From: Acidobacteriota bacterium
GTDB taxonomy: Bacteria > Acidobacteriota > Blastocatellia > Pyrinomonadales > Pyrinomonadaceae
Assembly (NCBI GenBank): GCA_016715115.1
Contig: JADKBM010000013.1
Location: forward strand, 423,475-487,474
Direction of reading: 5' to 3'
DNA length: 64,000 nucleotides
Shown: one piece after another, positions 18,918 through 28,453 of the stretch
How the letters are laid out: each line of letters starts with the position of its first letter
Numbering within the stretch: the stretch's first letter is position 1
Program-made: the position numbers and the translations under genes
The notes under the pieces: model-generated
Told to the model about the DNA's origin: nothing
Databases searched by the model: none
The model's input: the letters and a program-made list of their open reading frames with translations, nothing else

Positions 18918-20486
18918 CTACTGTCGGCGATATTCGATCTGTTCGCCGGTCCGGGTGTTCGTCATCCGGAATCCGTTGGCGATCTTTTTCACCGAAGCGG
19001 TCTCGCCGTTGACCGTGAACGTCGTTTTGTACATCGAGCCGTAGCTGATGTTGCCGTCCATATTCACCGTCACGTTCCCGTTCGACTGAACCGTCAGCGT
19101 GATGTTTCCGCCGTTCTGCGGGTTACGGCCGTAAAACGTGCCGACCGCCCAACTTGGAACGTCGCCCATCTGGTTGTTGTCCTGGTTTCCACCGCCGAAA
19201 TTGTTCGTGCGGAAGTAGTCGATGCGTTCATTGGTGTCGAGACGCGTCGTGCGGATCCCGTCATTGATACGCGTCACGCGGGCGATGATGCCGTTGTTGT
19301 TCAGCCGGTCGCCGTCCATCGAGGCGTATGCAACCTGCCCGTTGTCCATTGTGATCGTCACCTGACCGTTCGCCTCGACGCGCAGCGTCATCGTGCGGTT
19401 GGTTTGCGGATTCAGGCCGTACCACGTGCCGACCGCCCATCTCGGCGGATTTCCCGTGTTCCAGTTTCCGTCCCCGTTGCCATCATTGCGGCGCGAGTAG
19501 TCGATGCGCTCGCCGGTTCGGTTGTTTGTCGTCCTGATACCGTTCGAAATCCGTGTGACGTTCGCCGATTCATTGTTGACCGTGAAAGTGGTCCGGTACA
19601 TCGAGCCGTAGCTTACGCCACCATCCATATTGACGGTGACCTCGCCGCTTGACTGGATAATCAGCGTGATGCTGCCGCCGTTCTGCGGGTTCCGGCCGTA
19701 GAATGTGCCGACCGCCCACGACGGGATGTCGCCGCGCTTGTTGTCGTTGTTGTTCCAGTCGCCGCCGTCGTTGTTGCGGTAATAGTCGATGGTCTCACCG
19801 GTCGCGGTATTGGTCGTTCGGATGCCGTTGTTGAGCCTCGAAACGCGCGCCGTTGCGGTTCCCATATCGAGAAGCGTGCCGTTGAGCGTTCCGTACGATG
19901 CGGCGCCGCCGATCTCGGCTGTCACCGAGCCGTTGTCGATGATCGTGATCTGGATCCGGTCGCCATTCTGCGGATTTCTGCCGAAGAATGTTCCGACCGC
20001 CCAAGACGGAGCGTTTCCGCTGCCGGTGGTGTTCGTATTGAGGGCGGGAAGTTCGTACTTGCCCGCGAGTTCATTGATATCGCGACGCATATTCTTCCAT
20101 TGGTTCTCGAGCTTTCGAGCGAATGAAAGATTGTTCATCATTCCGTTCACGGCACGCGCTTCGTCCATAACGCTGCGAACATTGTTGCGGCTCGCCCACC
20201 AGTTGTCGTTGCGGTCAAATTCGCTTCGCAAGCGATCGAGCGCCGTTTCGAAGTTGGACACGATGCGATTGATGCGGTTTTCCTCGTTCGTGCCGTTGAT
20301 CGAGCTTTGATCGAGATACTTGTCAAAGTCACGACGGAAAGTGTTGCTGCTCCGCTCAAGTTTTGCGATCGTGTTGCCGACATCGCGCCTTGAATAGCGG
20401 CTTTGCTGCGCGGTCACAGCCGAAGCAAAGACGAACAGAGCAACCACGAAAAGCACTGTTGTTGTGTAAAGTTTGTTGAATCTCAT
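18918..20486 (-). CDS. Secreted protein with four tandem ~95-aa repeats, function unknown
   Basis: The ATG at 20486 (GGAGG upstream) gives MRFNKLYTTTVLFVVALFVFASAVTAQQ. A helical N-domain is followed by 4 repeats of the form PSWAVGTFYGRNPQNGG.ITL.(V/I)QS.G.VTVNMDG..SYGS...T......A.V.RI.NGIRTTN..TGE.IDY.R. Confidence 0.7.
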   Translation of the reverse strand: MRFNKLYTTTVLFVVALFVFASAVTAQQSRYSRRDVGNTIAKLERSSNTFRRDFDKYLDQSSINGTNEENRINRIVSNFETALDRLRSEFDRNDNWWASRNNVRSVMDEARAVNGMMNNLSFARKLENQWKNMRRDINELAGKYELPALNTNTTGSGNAPSWAVGTFFGRNPQNGDRIQITIIDNGSVTAEIGGAASYGTLNGTLLDMGTATARVSRLNNGIRTTNTATGETIDYYRNNDGGDWNNNDNKRGDIPSWAVGTFYGRNPQNGGSITLIIQSSGEVTVNMDGGVSYGSMYRTTFTVNNESANVTRISNGIRTTNNRTGERIDYSRRNDGNGDGNWNTGNPPRWAVGTWYGLNPQTNRTMTLRVEANGQVTITMDNGQVAYASMDGDRLNNNGIIARVTRINDGIRTTRLDTNERIDYFRTNNFGGGNQDNNQMGDVPSWAVGTFYGRNPQNGGNITLTVQSNGNVTVNMDGNISYGSMYKTTFTVNGETASVKKIANGFRMTNTRTGEQIEYRRQ

Positions 20487-20603
20487 ATTTCCTCCATTAA
20501 GTGGTCGAATCGGGGGCTGCCTAATCGCCTGAATTAAGATGTATAAACCAATGATACTGTTTGTCCGAGAAAAGTGGAATCGCCGAGCGCTACGGTTAAA
20601 CGC

Positions 20604-20642
20604 GAAAAAAGCCAAAAGGGCCGGTCGTGAAATGACCGGCCC
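20604..20642 (-). terminator. Rho-independent terminator of the MqnD-like gene
   Basis: The minus strand reads gggccggtcatttcacgaccggccc followed by ttttggctttttt. Confidence 0.7.
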
Positions 20643-20669
20643 TTTCCGCGGTTACCTTTTCTCTCTTTT

Positions 20670-21518
20670 TCAGTCGACGAATTGGACATCGACGCGATGG
20701 GGAATGATGCCTTTTTCGAATCCTTCCTGAAGCAGCAGTTTGACACCCTCACGGCCGCGGTCGCCGTAGTCGAGCGTCAGATCGTTGACCCACATCGCAA
20801 CGAAACGGTCGGCAAGTTCGGGCGGCATATCGCGCGCGAACTGCATCGCGTAAGAGAGCGCGTCCTCGCGATTCTCGAGCGAGTAGACGATGCTCCGGTG
20901 AAGATGCGTCGAAACCTGTTTCATCAGATCCTCGCCGAGGTCGCGGCGAATGACGTTTCCGCCCATCGGAAGCGGCAGTCCCGTCCGCTCATACCACCAT
21001 TCGCCAAGGTCCAGAATCTTGCTGAGGCCCATTTGCTTGTAAAAAAGCTGTCCTTCGTGAATGAGGAGGCCGGCATCGAATTTGCCGCGCTGAACTTCCT
21101 CAATGATCTCGTCAAACGGGACCACGCCGTATTCGAAATCCTGATTGTAGAGACGCAAAGCTAAAAAAGCGCTCGTCAGTTCGCCCGGAACTGCGATCTT
21201 CAGATTCGGAATGTCTTCGGGTTTGTACTGTTCCTTCGACACGAGGATCGGACCGTATTTGTCGCCGATACTCGCGCCGTGAGGCAGCAGCGCGTATTTG
21301 TCGGCAACGTAGGCGTAGGCGTGAAAACTCACCGCCGTGACGTCGAAGACGCCGTTTTTGGCGTCTTCGTTCAACGATTGAATGTCCTTCAACGTATGTT
21401 CAAACTTCAAGCCTTCGGTCTCGAGCTTATTCGTGGCAAGGCCGTAAAACATAAATGCGTCGTCCGAGTCGGGCGAATGGGCGACGGTGATCGTTCGTAC
21501 TTCTGGTTTCGCGTCCAT
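20670..21518 (-). CDS. MqnA/MqnD family menaquinone (futalosine pathway) protein, MqnD-like
   Basis: 282 aa. [18 protein letters not shown] resembles the SPCPNDTFIFYAL signature of 1,4-dihydroxy-6-naphthoate synthase. The fold looks periplasmic-binding-protein-like. Confidence 0.65.
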   Translation of the reverse strand: MDAKPEVRTITVAHSPDSDDAFMFYGLATNKLETEGLKFEHTLKDIQSLNEDAKNGVFDVTAVSFHAYAYVADKYALLPHGASIGDKYGPILVSKEQYKPEDIPNLKIAVPGELTSAFLALRLYNQDFEYGVVPFDEIIEEVQRGKFDAGLLIHEGQLFYKQMGLSKILDLGEWWYERTGLPLPMGGNVIRRDLGEDLMKQVSTHLHRSIVYSLENREDALSYAMQFARDMPPELADRFVAMWVNDLTLDYGDRGREGVKLLLQEGFEKGIIPHRVDVQFVD

Positions 21519-21526
21519 ATAACTTC

Positions 21527-22285
21527 TTATAGTCGTGTGTAGAAAATATTCGTTTGATACAAGAGACCTATTCTACCTTTTTCGGCGTATTTATCAAACA
21601 GGGTTTTGAGTTTGGCGGAAAGCTCGGAGGCGCGTGGATCGCTTTCCGGCGGCATATACGACGATGAGTGCATACGGCCTCTTAGTCCTTGAAAATCAAG
21701 GAGTTGCGCGTTCGGGAACGAAGCTTGCGCGAACGTCGCCCCGAACTCGTTTTGAAGCCTTCCGAGGTCGAAACGATCGTGGCGGACGGCATCGTAGTCG
21801 TTCGCGAACTCCTTCAGAAGCTCTTCGTATGCGACGAGAAACTCGTTTGCGTCTAGGAGGCGCTCGTTCCAGATCAGAGCGACGAATCCGCCGGGCACGA
21901 GAATTCGTCCAAACTCTTCGCTAGCCTTTCTCGCATCGAACCAGTGGTACGCCTGCGCGGCGATGACCAGATCGATCGAACCGCTCGGTAGATTCGTACG
22001 CTCGGCGGTGCCGTCGTGGCTTTCGAAGCCCGGAAATTCCCTTAGAAACTCCTCGGCGGCCTTTCGCATTTCGGCGTTCGGTTCGACGCCGACGACGCGA
22101 TTTCCTCTTTCGAGAAAAGGTTTCGCCGAGATCCCTGTGCCGGATCCGATGTCGGCAACGACGGAATCGGGCGTCCAATTCATCTCGCGCGCGAAAACGC
22201 CGAACATCTCGTTCGGATACGACGGTCGGTATTTGACGTAGTTTTCAACGCGGTCCGAAAACCGTCCGATCGTGTCACCCATCAT
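21527..22285 (-). CDS. Class I SAM-dependent methyltransferase
   Basis: The ATG at 22285 shares its A with the upstream TGA (TGATG). SAM motif [13 protein letters not shown] is present. Sequence runs [24 protein letters not shown]... Confidence 0.75.
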   Translation of the reverse strand: MMGDTIGRFSDRVENYVKYRPSYPNEMFGVFAREMNWTPDSVVADIGSGTGISAKPFLERGNRVVGVEPNAEMRKAAEEFLREFPGFESHDGTAERTNLPSGSIDLVIAAQAYHWFDARKASEEFGRILVPGGFVALIWNERLLDANEFLVAYEELLKEFANDYDAVRHDRFDLGRLQNEFGATFAQASFPNAQLLDFQGLRGRMHSSSYMPPESDPRASELSAKLKTLFDKYAEKGRIGLLYQTNIFYTRL

Positions 22286-22935
22286 CAGTCTCCGGCGACG
22301 AACGCGGTCATCTTCCATTTGCCGCCTTTTTTAGCGAAACAGGCGCGGTAATCGATCGGGCTCCGAACGAACTCTGATTTGACGAAACCTTTCTTCCCGC
22401 CGAGCGTCCGGATCTCGATCCAATCGGATTTCGCGGTTCGATCCGCCTGCTCGACCGGTTCGACGACGTTGTACGACAGTTGCGCGATCACCGGGGCCTT
22501 GAGCGACGGCGCGGAGCGGAGATTGACGTTGTTGCCGAAGATCGCGAGGTAGAGGAACGAGTCGAGGTCGTCAGGAAACGAAGTGAAAAGGTACGGTGCG
22601 CAGAACAGGCTCCTGTCGTCCGCCATAAATTCTCCGCCGTTGGTGATGACCGGAAGAAACGTGGCCCAGAACTCGCTTTTCGCAGTGGAGATCTTCCAGT
22701 ATCGCTTGAAATCAGCGACTCCTTCGTCGCCTCCGAAACTGCTCACGATCTTCGGATCGAGGATACTCAAAATGAACTTAGTGTCACGTTTTTTGGTTGC
22801 CGCGATCAGTTTCGTGCGGAAAGCGACGAGCGACGCGTCCTTTCCGCCATCGTCCAAAGGCTTGACGAAGCGCTCCTGCGCCGATGCGCTGAAGAGCCCG
22901 ATGGAAACAAAAAGCAAAGCTGTCAGGATTTTCAT
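22285..22935 (-). CDS. Secreted protein with C-terminal bacterial SH3-like domain
   Basis: The ATG at 22935 gives MKILTALLFVSIGLFSASAQ. The segment NVNLRSAPSLKAPVIAQLSYNVVEPV...WIEIRTLGGKKGFVKSEFV is SH3b-like. Confidence 0.6.
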   Translation of the reverse strand: MKILTALLFVSIGLFSASAQERFVKPLDDGGKDASLVAFRTKLIAATKKRDTKFILSILDPKIVSSFGGDEGVADFKRYWKISTAKSEFWATFLPVITNGGEFMADDRSLFCAPYLFTSFPDDLDSFLYLAIFGNNVNLRSAPSLKAPVIAQLSYNVVEPVEQADRTAKSDWIEIRTLGGKKGFVKSEFVRSPIDYRACFAKKGGKWKMTAFVAGD

Positions 22936-22950
22936 TGCACTGTTCTCCTT

Positions 22951-23035
22951 GGAGATTTGTGATCTCTGATCTGGGTTTGCGGATCCTGCCTGCTTTTGAA
23001 GGATCCGCAATCCCAGATCACGAATCCGAAATCTC
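22951..23035. repeat. Imperfect palindrome built of GATTTNN-type heptamers
   Basis: The left arm is ggagatttgtgatctctgatctgggtttgcggatcc, the loop is tgcctgcttttgaa, and the right arm is ggatccgcaatcccagatcacgaatccgaaatctc. The right arm includes the ubiX stop and its last 5 codons. Confidence 0.8.
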
Positions 23036-23635
23036 TTCGCCGGTCCATTGCGATCGCCGCGAATGAGGAATATCGAACTGGTCGAGGATCCGGTAGCAAA
23101 GGTGATCGACGAGTTCGCCGATCGATTGCGGCCGGTGATAAAAACCGGGACTTGCCGGCAAGATCCGCGCGCCGGCACGGGACAGCCGGAGCATATTCTC
23201 GAGGTGAATCGCGTTCAGAGGCGTTTCCCGCGGGACGATGACCAGTTTTCGCCCTTCTTTCAAGCAGACATCAGCGGCGCGATGAATGAGATTCGTTCCG
23301 GCGCCGCTCGCGATCGCGCCGAGGGTTCCCATCGAACACGGAACGATGATCATTCCGGCCTGTTTGTTGGACCCTGAAGACGGTTTCGCGGCGAGATTGT
23401 CGAGTCGCCAGAGCCGGATCAGTTTTGAATCCTTCGGCAGCCCGAGCCAATCGTTGATCCGCGCCGTGTCCGCATCCTTGAGATTGACGCCGAGTTCGAC
23501 CTGCGCGACCGTCCAAACGACTCCCGACATAATCAGGTTGACCGTTTCCACGACCCCGCTTTCGGCCAGAAGCTGCAAAGTCCGGTAAGCGTAGATCGTG
23601 CCGGAAGCGCCGGTGATCGCGAGTGTTAGTTCCAT
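23018..23635 (-). CDS. ubiX: UbiX-family flavin prenyltransferase
   Basis: MELTLAITGASGTIYAYRTLQLL...IIVPCSMGTLGAIASG...L.HRAADVCLKEGRKLVIVPRETPL is the canonical UbiX/Pad1 pattern. The last 5 codons and the stop lie inside a heptamer palindrome. Confidence 0.85.
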   Translation of the reverse strand: MELTLAITGASGTIYAYRTLQLLAESGVVETVNLIMSGVVWTVAQVELGVNLKDADTARINDWLGLPKDSKLIRLWRLDNLAAKPSSGSNKQAGMIIVPCSMGTLGAIASGAGTNLIHRAADVCLKEGRKLVIVPRETPLNAIHLENMLRLSRAGARILPASPGFYHRPQSIGELVDHLCYRILDQFDIPHSRRSQWTGEEISDS

Positions 23636-23787
23636 AAGTCGATCTGGGAATCGGGATCTGCGAATTCGGATTCGCCGCAACGATCGGTATGAGCCGCGGT
23701 TGATCACGATTCCTTATTCATTTACGTAATGATACGCGGGTTTTGAGCCGGCGCGCAATCAACCTCGCGTATGCTACTATTTTACGA

Positions 23788-24534
23788 ATGAACAAGCAGG
23801 CAATCGACGAGATTCTCGGACTTCTCGAGCGCGGAACGCTCGACCGCGAGACGGCGGCGCAGCGGATCAAGGACCTTTCGTTTGAAGACATCGGCTACGC
23901 GCGGGTCGACCACGCAAGGGCGAGCCGTCAGGGATTTCCGGAAGTCATTTTTGGTCAGGGAAAGACGACGGCACAGATCGTCGGCATATTTGAGAAACTC
24001 GCGGCGCGTTCGCCGAACGTGCTGATCACGCGGACGAATGCCGAAGTTTTCGGCGAGATTCGAAACGTCTTCACCGATGCCGAATGGCACGAAGAGGCGC
24101 GGATCATCCGCGTATTTCGTGACAAAACCGAACTCGGATCAGGCGAGATCGCGATCGTCACGGCCGGCACGAGCGACATTCCGGTCGCCGAAGAAGCCGC
24201 TCTGACGGCCGAGACGATGGGCAACCGCGTGCGGCGCGTCTGGGACGCGGGCGTCGCCGGGATTCACCGGATTCTGTCCGAAAGGGAAATGCTGCAAGGC
24301 GCGCGCGTCGTTGTGGTCGCCGCCGGAATGGAAGGCGCGCTGCCATCGGTTGTCGGCGGGCTCGTCCGCGTTCCGGTGATCGCCGTCCCGACATCGATCG
24401 GTTACGGCGCCAGTTTCGGCGGCATCGCGGCGCTTCTCGGAATGCTTAATTCGTGCGCTTCGAACGTCACCGTCGTCAACATTGACAACGGCTTCGGCGC
24501 CGGGTTCGTGGCGAGTTTGATCAACCGGAAATAG
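23788..24534 (+). CDS. larB: Nickel-pincer cofactor biosynthesis protein LarB (PurE-like AIR carboxylase family)
   Basis: The ATG at 23788 gives [10 protein letters not shown]...[23 protein letters not shown]...[17 protein letters not shown]...[19 protein letters not shown]...[13 protein letters not shown]. Confidence 0.8.
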   Translation: MNKQAIDEILGLLERGTLDRETAAQRIKDLSFEDIGYARVDHARASRQGFPEVIFGQGKTTAQIVGIFEKLAARSPNVLITRTNAEVFGEIRNVFTDAEWHEEARIIRVFRDKTELGSGEIAIVTAGTSDIPVAEEAALTAETMGNRVRRVWDAGVAGIHRILSEREMLQGARVVVVAAGMEGALPSVVGGLVRVPVIAVPTSIGYGASFGGIAALLGMLNSCASNVTVVNIDNGFGAGFVASLINRK

Positions 24535-24536
24535 AG

Positions 24537-24665
24537 CAGCAGAGTGCAGAGTGCAGAGTGCAAAGTGCAGAGTGCAGAGAGCATAGTGCATAGTGCATAG
24601 TGCAGAGTGCAAGTGCTTACCCTTTGAACTCTGCACTATGCACTTTGCACTCTGCACTCTGCACT
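24537..24665. repeat. Heptamer palindrome (GCAGAGT / ACTCTGC) between convergent genes; likely bidirectional terminator hairpin
   Basis: About 11 GCAGAGT/GCATAGT/GCAAAGT units (24537-24616), the loop ttaccctttgaa, then 5 complementary units ctctgcactatgcactttgcactctgcactctgcact (24629-24665). Confidence 0.85.
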
Positions 24666-24670
24666 TGATT

Positions 24671-26104
24671 CTATTGATTCATAAGCGCGTATAAACGGTC
24701 CGCCCAATCGGACTTCGCGGCTCGAAGAAGTTCGTATTGAATGTACGCCGAATCGCGGTCACCGGCTTTGAGATACGCGCGGCCGAGGTTGTAGCGGGCT
24801 TTTTCGAAGTCGGGATTGAATCCGATCGCGCTGTTGAAGGCGTCGATGCTTTCAGCGGTCTTGCCCGACTCAAGGTAACATTCGCCAAGGTAGTTATAGG
24901 TTTTGGCGTCGGACTTGTAGGTCTTCAATTGTTCGAAGGCGCCGACCGCTTCGACGAATCGCTTCTGTTTTAAAAAGGCCAATCCGAGTTGCTCGTACGC
25001 CGCAGCGTGGTCGGGTTTGATCGCGACGGCGCGCCGGTAAGCGAGGATCTCCTCCTCGGGACGATTCAATTTTCCGAGGGTCAAACCATACGCGAATTGT
25101 GCGTCGGCGTTGTCCGCGTCGAGCCGTGTGGCCATACGGTAAGCGTCGGAAGCATCTTTGAATTCTTTCAGCGCGTAGCTCGAAGCGCCGATATTGACGT
25201 AAACCTCCGCCCATTCAGGCCGCAGTTTCGCGGCCTGTCGCGAGGCGCGCAGCGATTCGGCGTGACGACCGATCATTCCGTAGCAGAAACCGATCTGGTA
25301 CCAGGCCTCGGCGTAGTTCGGATCGGTTTCCGCAGCTTTTTCAAAAAGCGTTACGGCGCGCCCGTAATCGTCCCGCGACAGCTGCGCAAGTCCCTGTGAA
25401 TAAAGCCGTTCCGCGGAAGCGCGTTTCGATTTCTGAGTCTCGCTGTTAAGCGTCGCGAAGGTCTGGAGTTCACCGATCCTGAGTGCCGCGATGCGTTCGC
25501 TCGGGACGGCGAAGTTCAGGCTCTGGCCTTCGGCGGCCTGGAGCGTGGCGACGCCGATGACTTGTCCGAGCATATTGACCACCGGACTTCCCGACGATCC
25601 GGGCGAGATCGGCGCCGTGATCTGGATTATTCTCCCATAACCCGAAATTTCCCGGACGGCCGAGACGATGCCGTTTGAAACCGAACCTTCGAGTCCGAAC
25701 GGATTCCCGATAACGACGACCGACTCGCCCTCGAGCGGAACTTTTTGAACTATCGGAAGCGGGACCGCAAACTCTTTCGGCACTTCGACTTGAAGCAACG
25801 CAAGATCGCCTTCGCCGTCGACCGCAAGAACGCCCTTGACCGGATACTTGCGGCCGTTGAAGAGATGTATCTCGGCGCGCGCCGATTTTTCGATAACGTG
25901 TTTGTTGGTGATGACCTTGTCGCTCGCGACGAAGAAGCCCGAACCGCGCGAAACGATGTTGCCGCGGGTGTCGAACGTCTCGATCGCGACCGCTGAAGGT
26001 TTGATCCGTTTGACAAGCTCCGGAAGATAATCCTGCGCGAAAAGAGTCGTCGCCGAAAACAGCAACAACAAAGTGCACAGTGCTCTTAACAAACCGATTC
26101 TCAT
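24671..26104 (-). CDS. Trypsin-like (S1C) serine protease fused to C-terminal TPR repeats, secreted
   Basis: The catalytic triad context is present: VITNKHVI, GDLALLQV, ISPGSSGSPVVN. About 6 TPR repeats follow. The ATG at 26104 comes right after a TTG. Confidence 0.8.
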   Translation of the reverse strand: MRIGLLRALCTLLLLFSATTLFAQDYLPELVKRIKPSAVAIETFDTRGNIVSRGSGFFVASDKVITNKHVIEKSARAEIHLFNGRKYPVKGVLAVDGEGDLALLQVEVPKEFAVPLPIVQKVPLEGESVVVIGNPFGLEGSVSNGIVSAVREISGYGRIIQITAPISPGSSGSPVVNMLGQVIGVATLQAAEGQSLNFAVPSERIAALRIGELQTFATLNSETQKSKRASAERLYSQGLAQLSRDDYGRAVTLFEKAAETDPNYAEAWYQIGFCYGMIGRHAESLRASRQAAKLRPEWAEVYVNIGASSYALKEFKDASDAYRMATRLDADNADAQFAYGLTLGKLNRPEEEILAYRRAVAIKPDHAAAYEQLGLAFLKQKRFVEAVGAFEQLKTYKSDAKTYNYLGECYLESGKTAESIDAFNSAIGFNPDFEKARYNLGRAYLKAGDRDSAYIQYELLRAAKSDWADRLYALMNQ

Positions 26105-26152
26105 CAACGTTGCGTTTCCGCGCCCCGGGCCGGTTCCCGGATAGTCGAAAAA

Positions 26153-27883
26153 CTAGAATTTCGCGCCCAACCGGTCCGCGATCTCGTCGATCGAAACCTC
26201 GGTGATCGACTTTGAAGCGCGTTCGACCAGTTCGACGATCCCCTCGTCCGCGCGCTTGCCGATATTGACCCGGTAAGGAATCCCGATTAGATCGGCGTCC
26301 TTGAATTTCACGCCGGCGCGCTCGTCGCGGTCGTCGAGCAGAACAGCCAGCCCATCGCGTGAGATTTCACGATAGAGCCGTTTTCCGAGTTCCAAAAGCT
26401 TTTCATCGCGAACATTCGTGACCGTCAGAACGACATCGAACGGAGCCGTTGCCGGCGACCAGATTATACCATCGGCGTCGTGGCTCTGCTCAATAACCGA
26501 CGCCATAATGCGTTCGACACCGATACCGTAGCTGCCCATCACGAGCGGTACGGCCTTGCCGTTCTCGTCAAGAACGTTGGCGCCCATCGCGACCGAGTAT
26601 TTGGTCCCGAGTTTGAAGATATGGCCGATCTCGAGCGACTTTGCGACCTCGAGCATTCCGGTGCCGCATTCCGGACATCCTTCGCCCGAACTGACAAGAC
26701 GCAGGTCGGCCCATTCATCGACCGGAATGTCGCGCGCAACATCCACCCCCCGCAAGTGATGGTCGTCGCGATTCGCGCCGGTCGTCATATTCGTGCGGCC
26801 GCTGAGCGCCCGGTCGGCAATGATCGTCAGCTTCCGGCCGGCGGCTTTTTGCCGGGCATTGACGGCGCCGAGGCTTCCGGCGTGCGCGCCGAGAAGTCCG
26901 TAGATCTCATCATCTTCGGCCGGTCTGATCTCGTCGGCGCGGAGCGCGTCCTGAAGCTTCGTATCCTGCAGCTGATGGTCGCCGCGCAGGAGCGCGATCA
27001 CGAAACTCTCGGAACCGTTCGTTTTCGCTACGTAGATCAGCGATTTGACCTGCCGCTCGGCCGGGGCCCCGCCCGCGAAACTGGCGAGTTGATCGATCGT
27101 CCGCACGCCCGGGGTCGGAAATTCCTCCGGCGCATTCAAACCGGGTTCATCTTCGACGGCTGAAAGACGCGACGTCGCTTTTTCGACGTTCGCCGCATAG
27201 CCGCAACTGTCGCAAACGGCGATCAGGTCCTCGCCGGCGTCGGTTCGGACCATAAACTCGGTCGATGCCGAGCCGCCCATCGCGCCCGACGACGCTTCGA
27301 CCATCACGAACCGCAAACCGCAGCGCGAAAAGATCTTCTTGTATGCCTCGCGGTGTTTTTCGAACGATTCGTCGAGGCCTTCGGGTTTGAGGTCGAACGA
27401 ATACGAATCCTTCATCGTGAATTGGCGAACGCGAAGGAGTCCGGATTTCGGCCGCGCCTCGTCGCGGAATTTCGTCTGGATCTGATACCAGATCTGCGGC
27501 AGCTGCTTGTACGAGCGAAGTTCGTTGCGGGCAATGGCGGTGAAGACTTCCTCGTGAGTCATTCCAAGACAAAGATCCGCGCCCTTGCGGTCCTTGAGCC
27601 GGAACATATTGTCGCCCATCAACTGCCAACGGCCGGTTTCTTCCCAGATCTCGCGCGGATTCAGTGCCGGAAGCAGGAATTCCTGGGCGCCGATCGCGGC
27701 CATTTCCTCACGGACGATGGCGTTGATCTTGTTCAGCACGATCTGCGCCAGCGGCAGATACGAATAAATCCCGGCCGCCAACTGCCGGATCATTCCGGCC
27801 CTCAACAGCAAACGGTGCGACGCGCACTCAGCATCCGCCGGAGTTTCCTTCACGGTCGGAATAAAAAGATTTGACCAAAACAC
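26153..27883 (-). CDS. proS: Proline--tRNA ligase (bacterial type with editing insertion)
   Basis: 576 aa, GTG start. [46 protein letters not shown], class II motifs, and a C-terminal anticodon-binding domain. Confidence 0.9.
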   Translation of the reverse strand: MFWSNLFIPTVKETPADAECASHRLLLRAGMIRQLAAGIYSYLPLAQIVLNKINAIVREEMAAIGAQEFLLPALNPREIWEETGRWQLMGDNMFRLKDRKGADLCLGMTHEEVFTAIARNELRSYKQLPQIWYQIQTKFRDEARPKSGLLRVRQFTMKDSYSFDLKPEGLDESFEKHREAYKKIFSRCGLRFVMVEASSGAMGGSASTEFMVRTDAGEDLIAVCDSCGYAANVEKATSRLSAVEDEPGLNAPEEFPTPGVRTIDQLASFAGGAPAERQVKSLIYVAKTNGSESFVIALLRGDHQLQDTKLQDALRADEIRPAEDDEIYGLLGAHAGSLGAVNARQKAAGRKLTIIADRALSGRTNMTTGANRDDHHLRGVDVARDIPVDEWADLRLVSSGEGCPECGTGMLEVAKSLEIGHIFKLGTKYSVAMGANVLDENGKAVPLVMGSYGIGVERIMASVIEQSHDADGIIWSPATAPFDVVLTVTNVRDEKLLELGKRLYREISRDGLAVLLDDRDERAGVKFKDADLIGIPYRVNIGKRADEGIVELVERASKSITEVSIDEIADRLGAKF

Positions 27884-27894
27884 TTTTTAATAGC

Positions 27895-28452
27895 GGATTT
27901 CTGATTTCGGATTTTGGATTGTCAGAAACCGACGCGTTCAATTGTATGCCCCGGCTTCACAATCAACAAGTATTTCGGCAAGCCAAGGTCCAAAATCCAG
28001 ATTTCAGATTCCAGATTCCAGATTCCAGAGATTCCAGAGATTCCAGATTCCAGATTTCAGATTCCAGAGATTCCAGATTCCAGATTCCAGAGATTCCAGA
28101 TTCCAGATTCCAGATTCCAGAAATTCCAGATTCCAGATTTCAGATTCCAGATTCCAGAAATTCCAGATTCCAGAGATTCCAGATTCCAGATTCCAGAGAT
28201 TCCAGAAATTCCAGATTTCAGATTCCAGATTTCAGATTCCAGAAATTCCAGATTCCAGAGATTCCAGAAATTCCAGATTCCAGATTCCAGAGATTCCAGA
28301 AATTCCAGATTCCAGATTCCAGAGATTCCAGATTCCAGAGATTCCAGATTCCAAGAATTCAACATCTTCCAGATTCAATGGAATTTGGAATTTGGAATTT
28401 GGAATCTGGAATATCTGAAATCCCAAATCCCAAATCCCAAATCCCAAATCCA
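27895..28452. repeat. Largest array: 46 tandem 7/9-nt units (AGATTCC / AGAGATTCC / AGAAATTCC) with nested inverted arms
   Basis: My parse of 28001-28355 gives 29 heptamers, 16 nonamers and 1 terminal 8-mer. Inverted short arm GGAATTT/GGAATCT at 28378-28413. (CCCAAAT)n at 28414-28451 pairs with GGATTTCTGATTTCGGATTTTGGATT at 27895-27920. Confidence 0.95.
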
Positions 28453-28453
28453 G

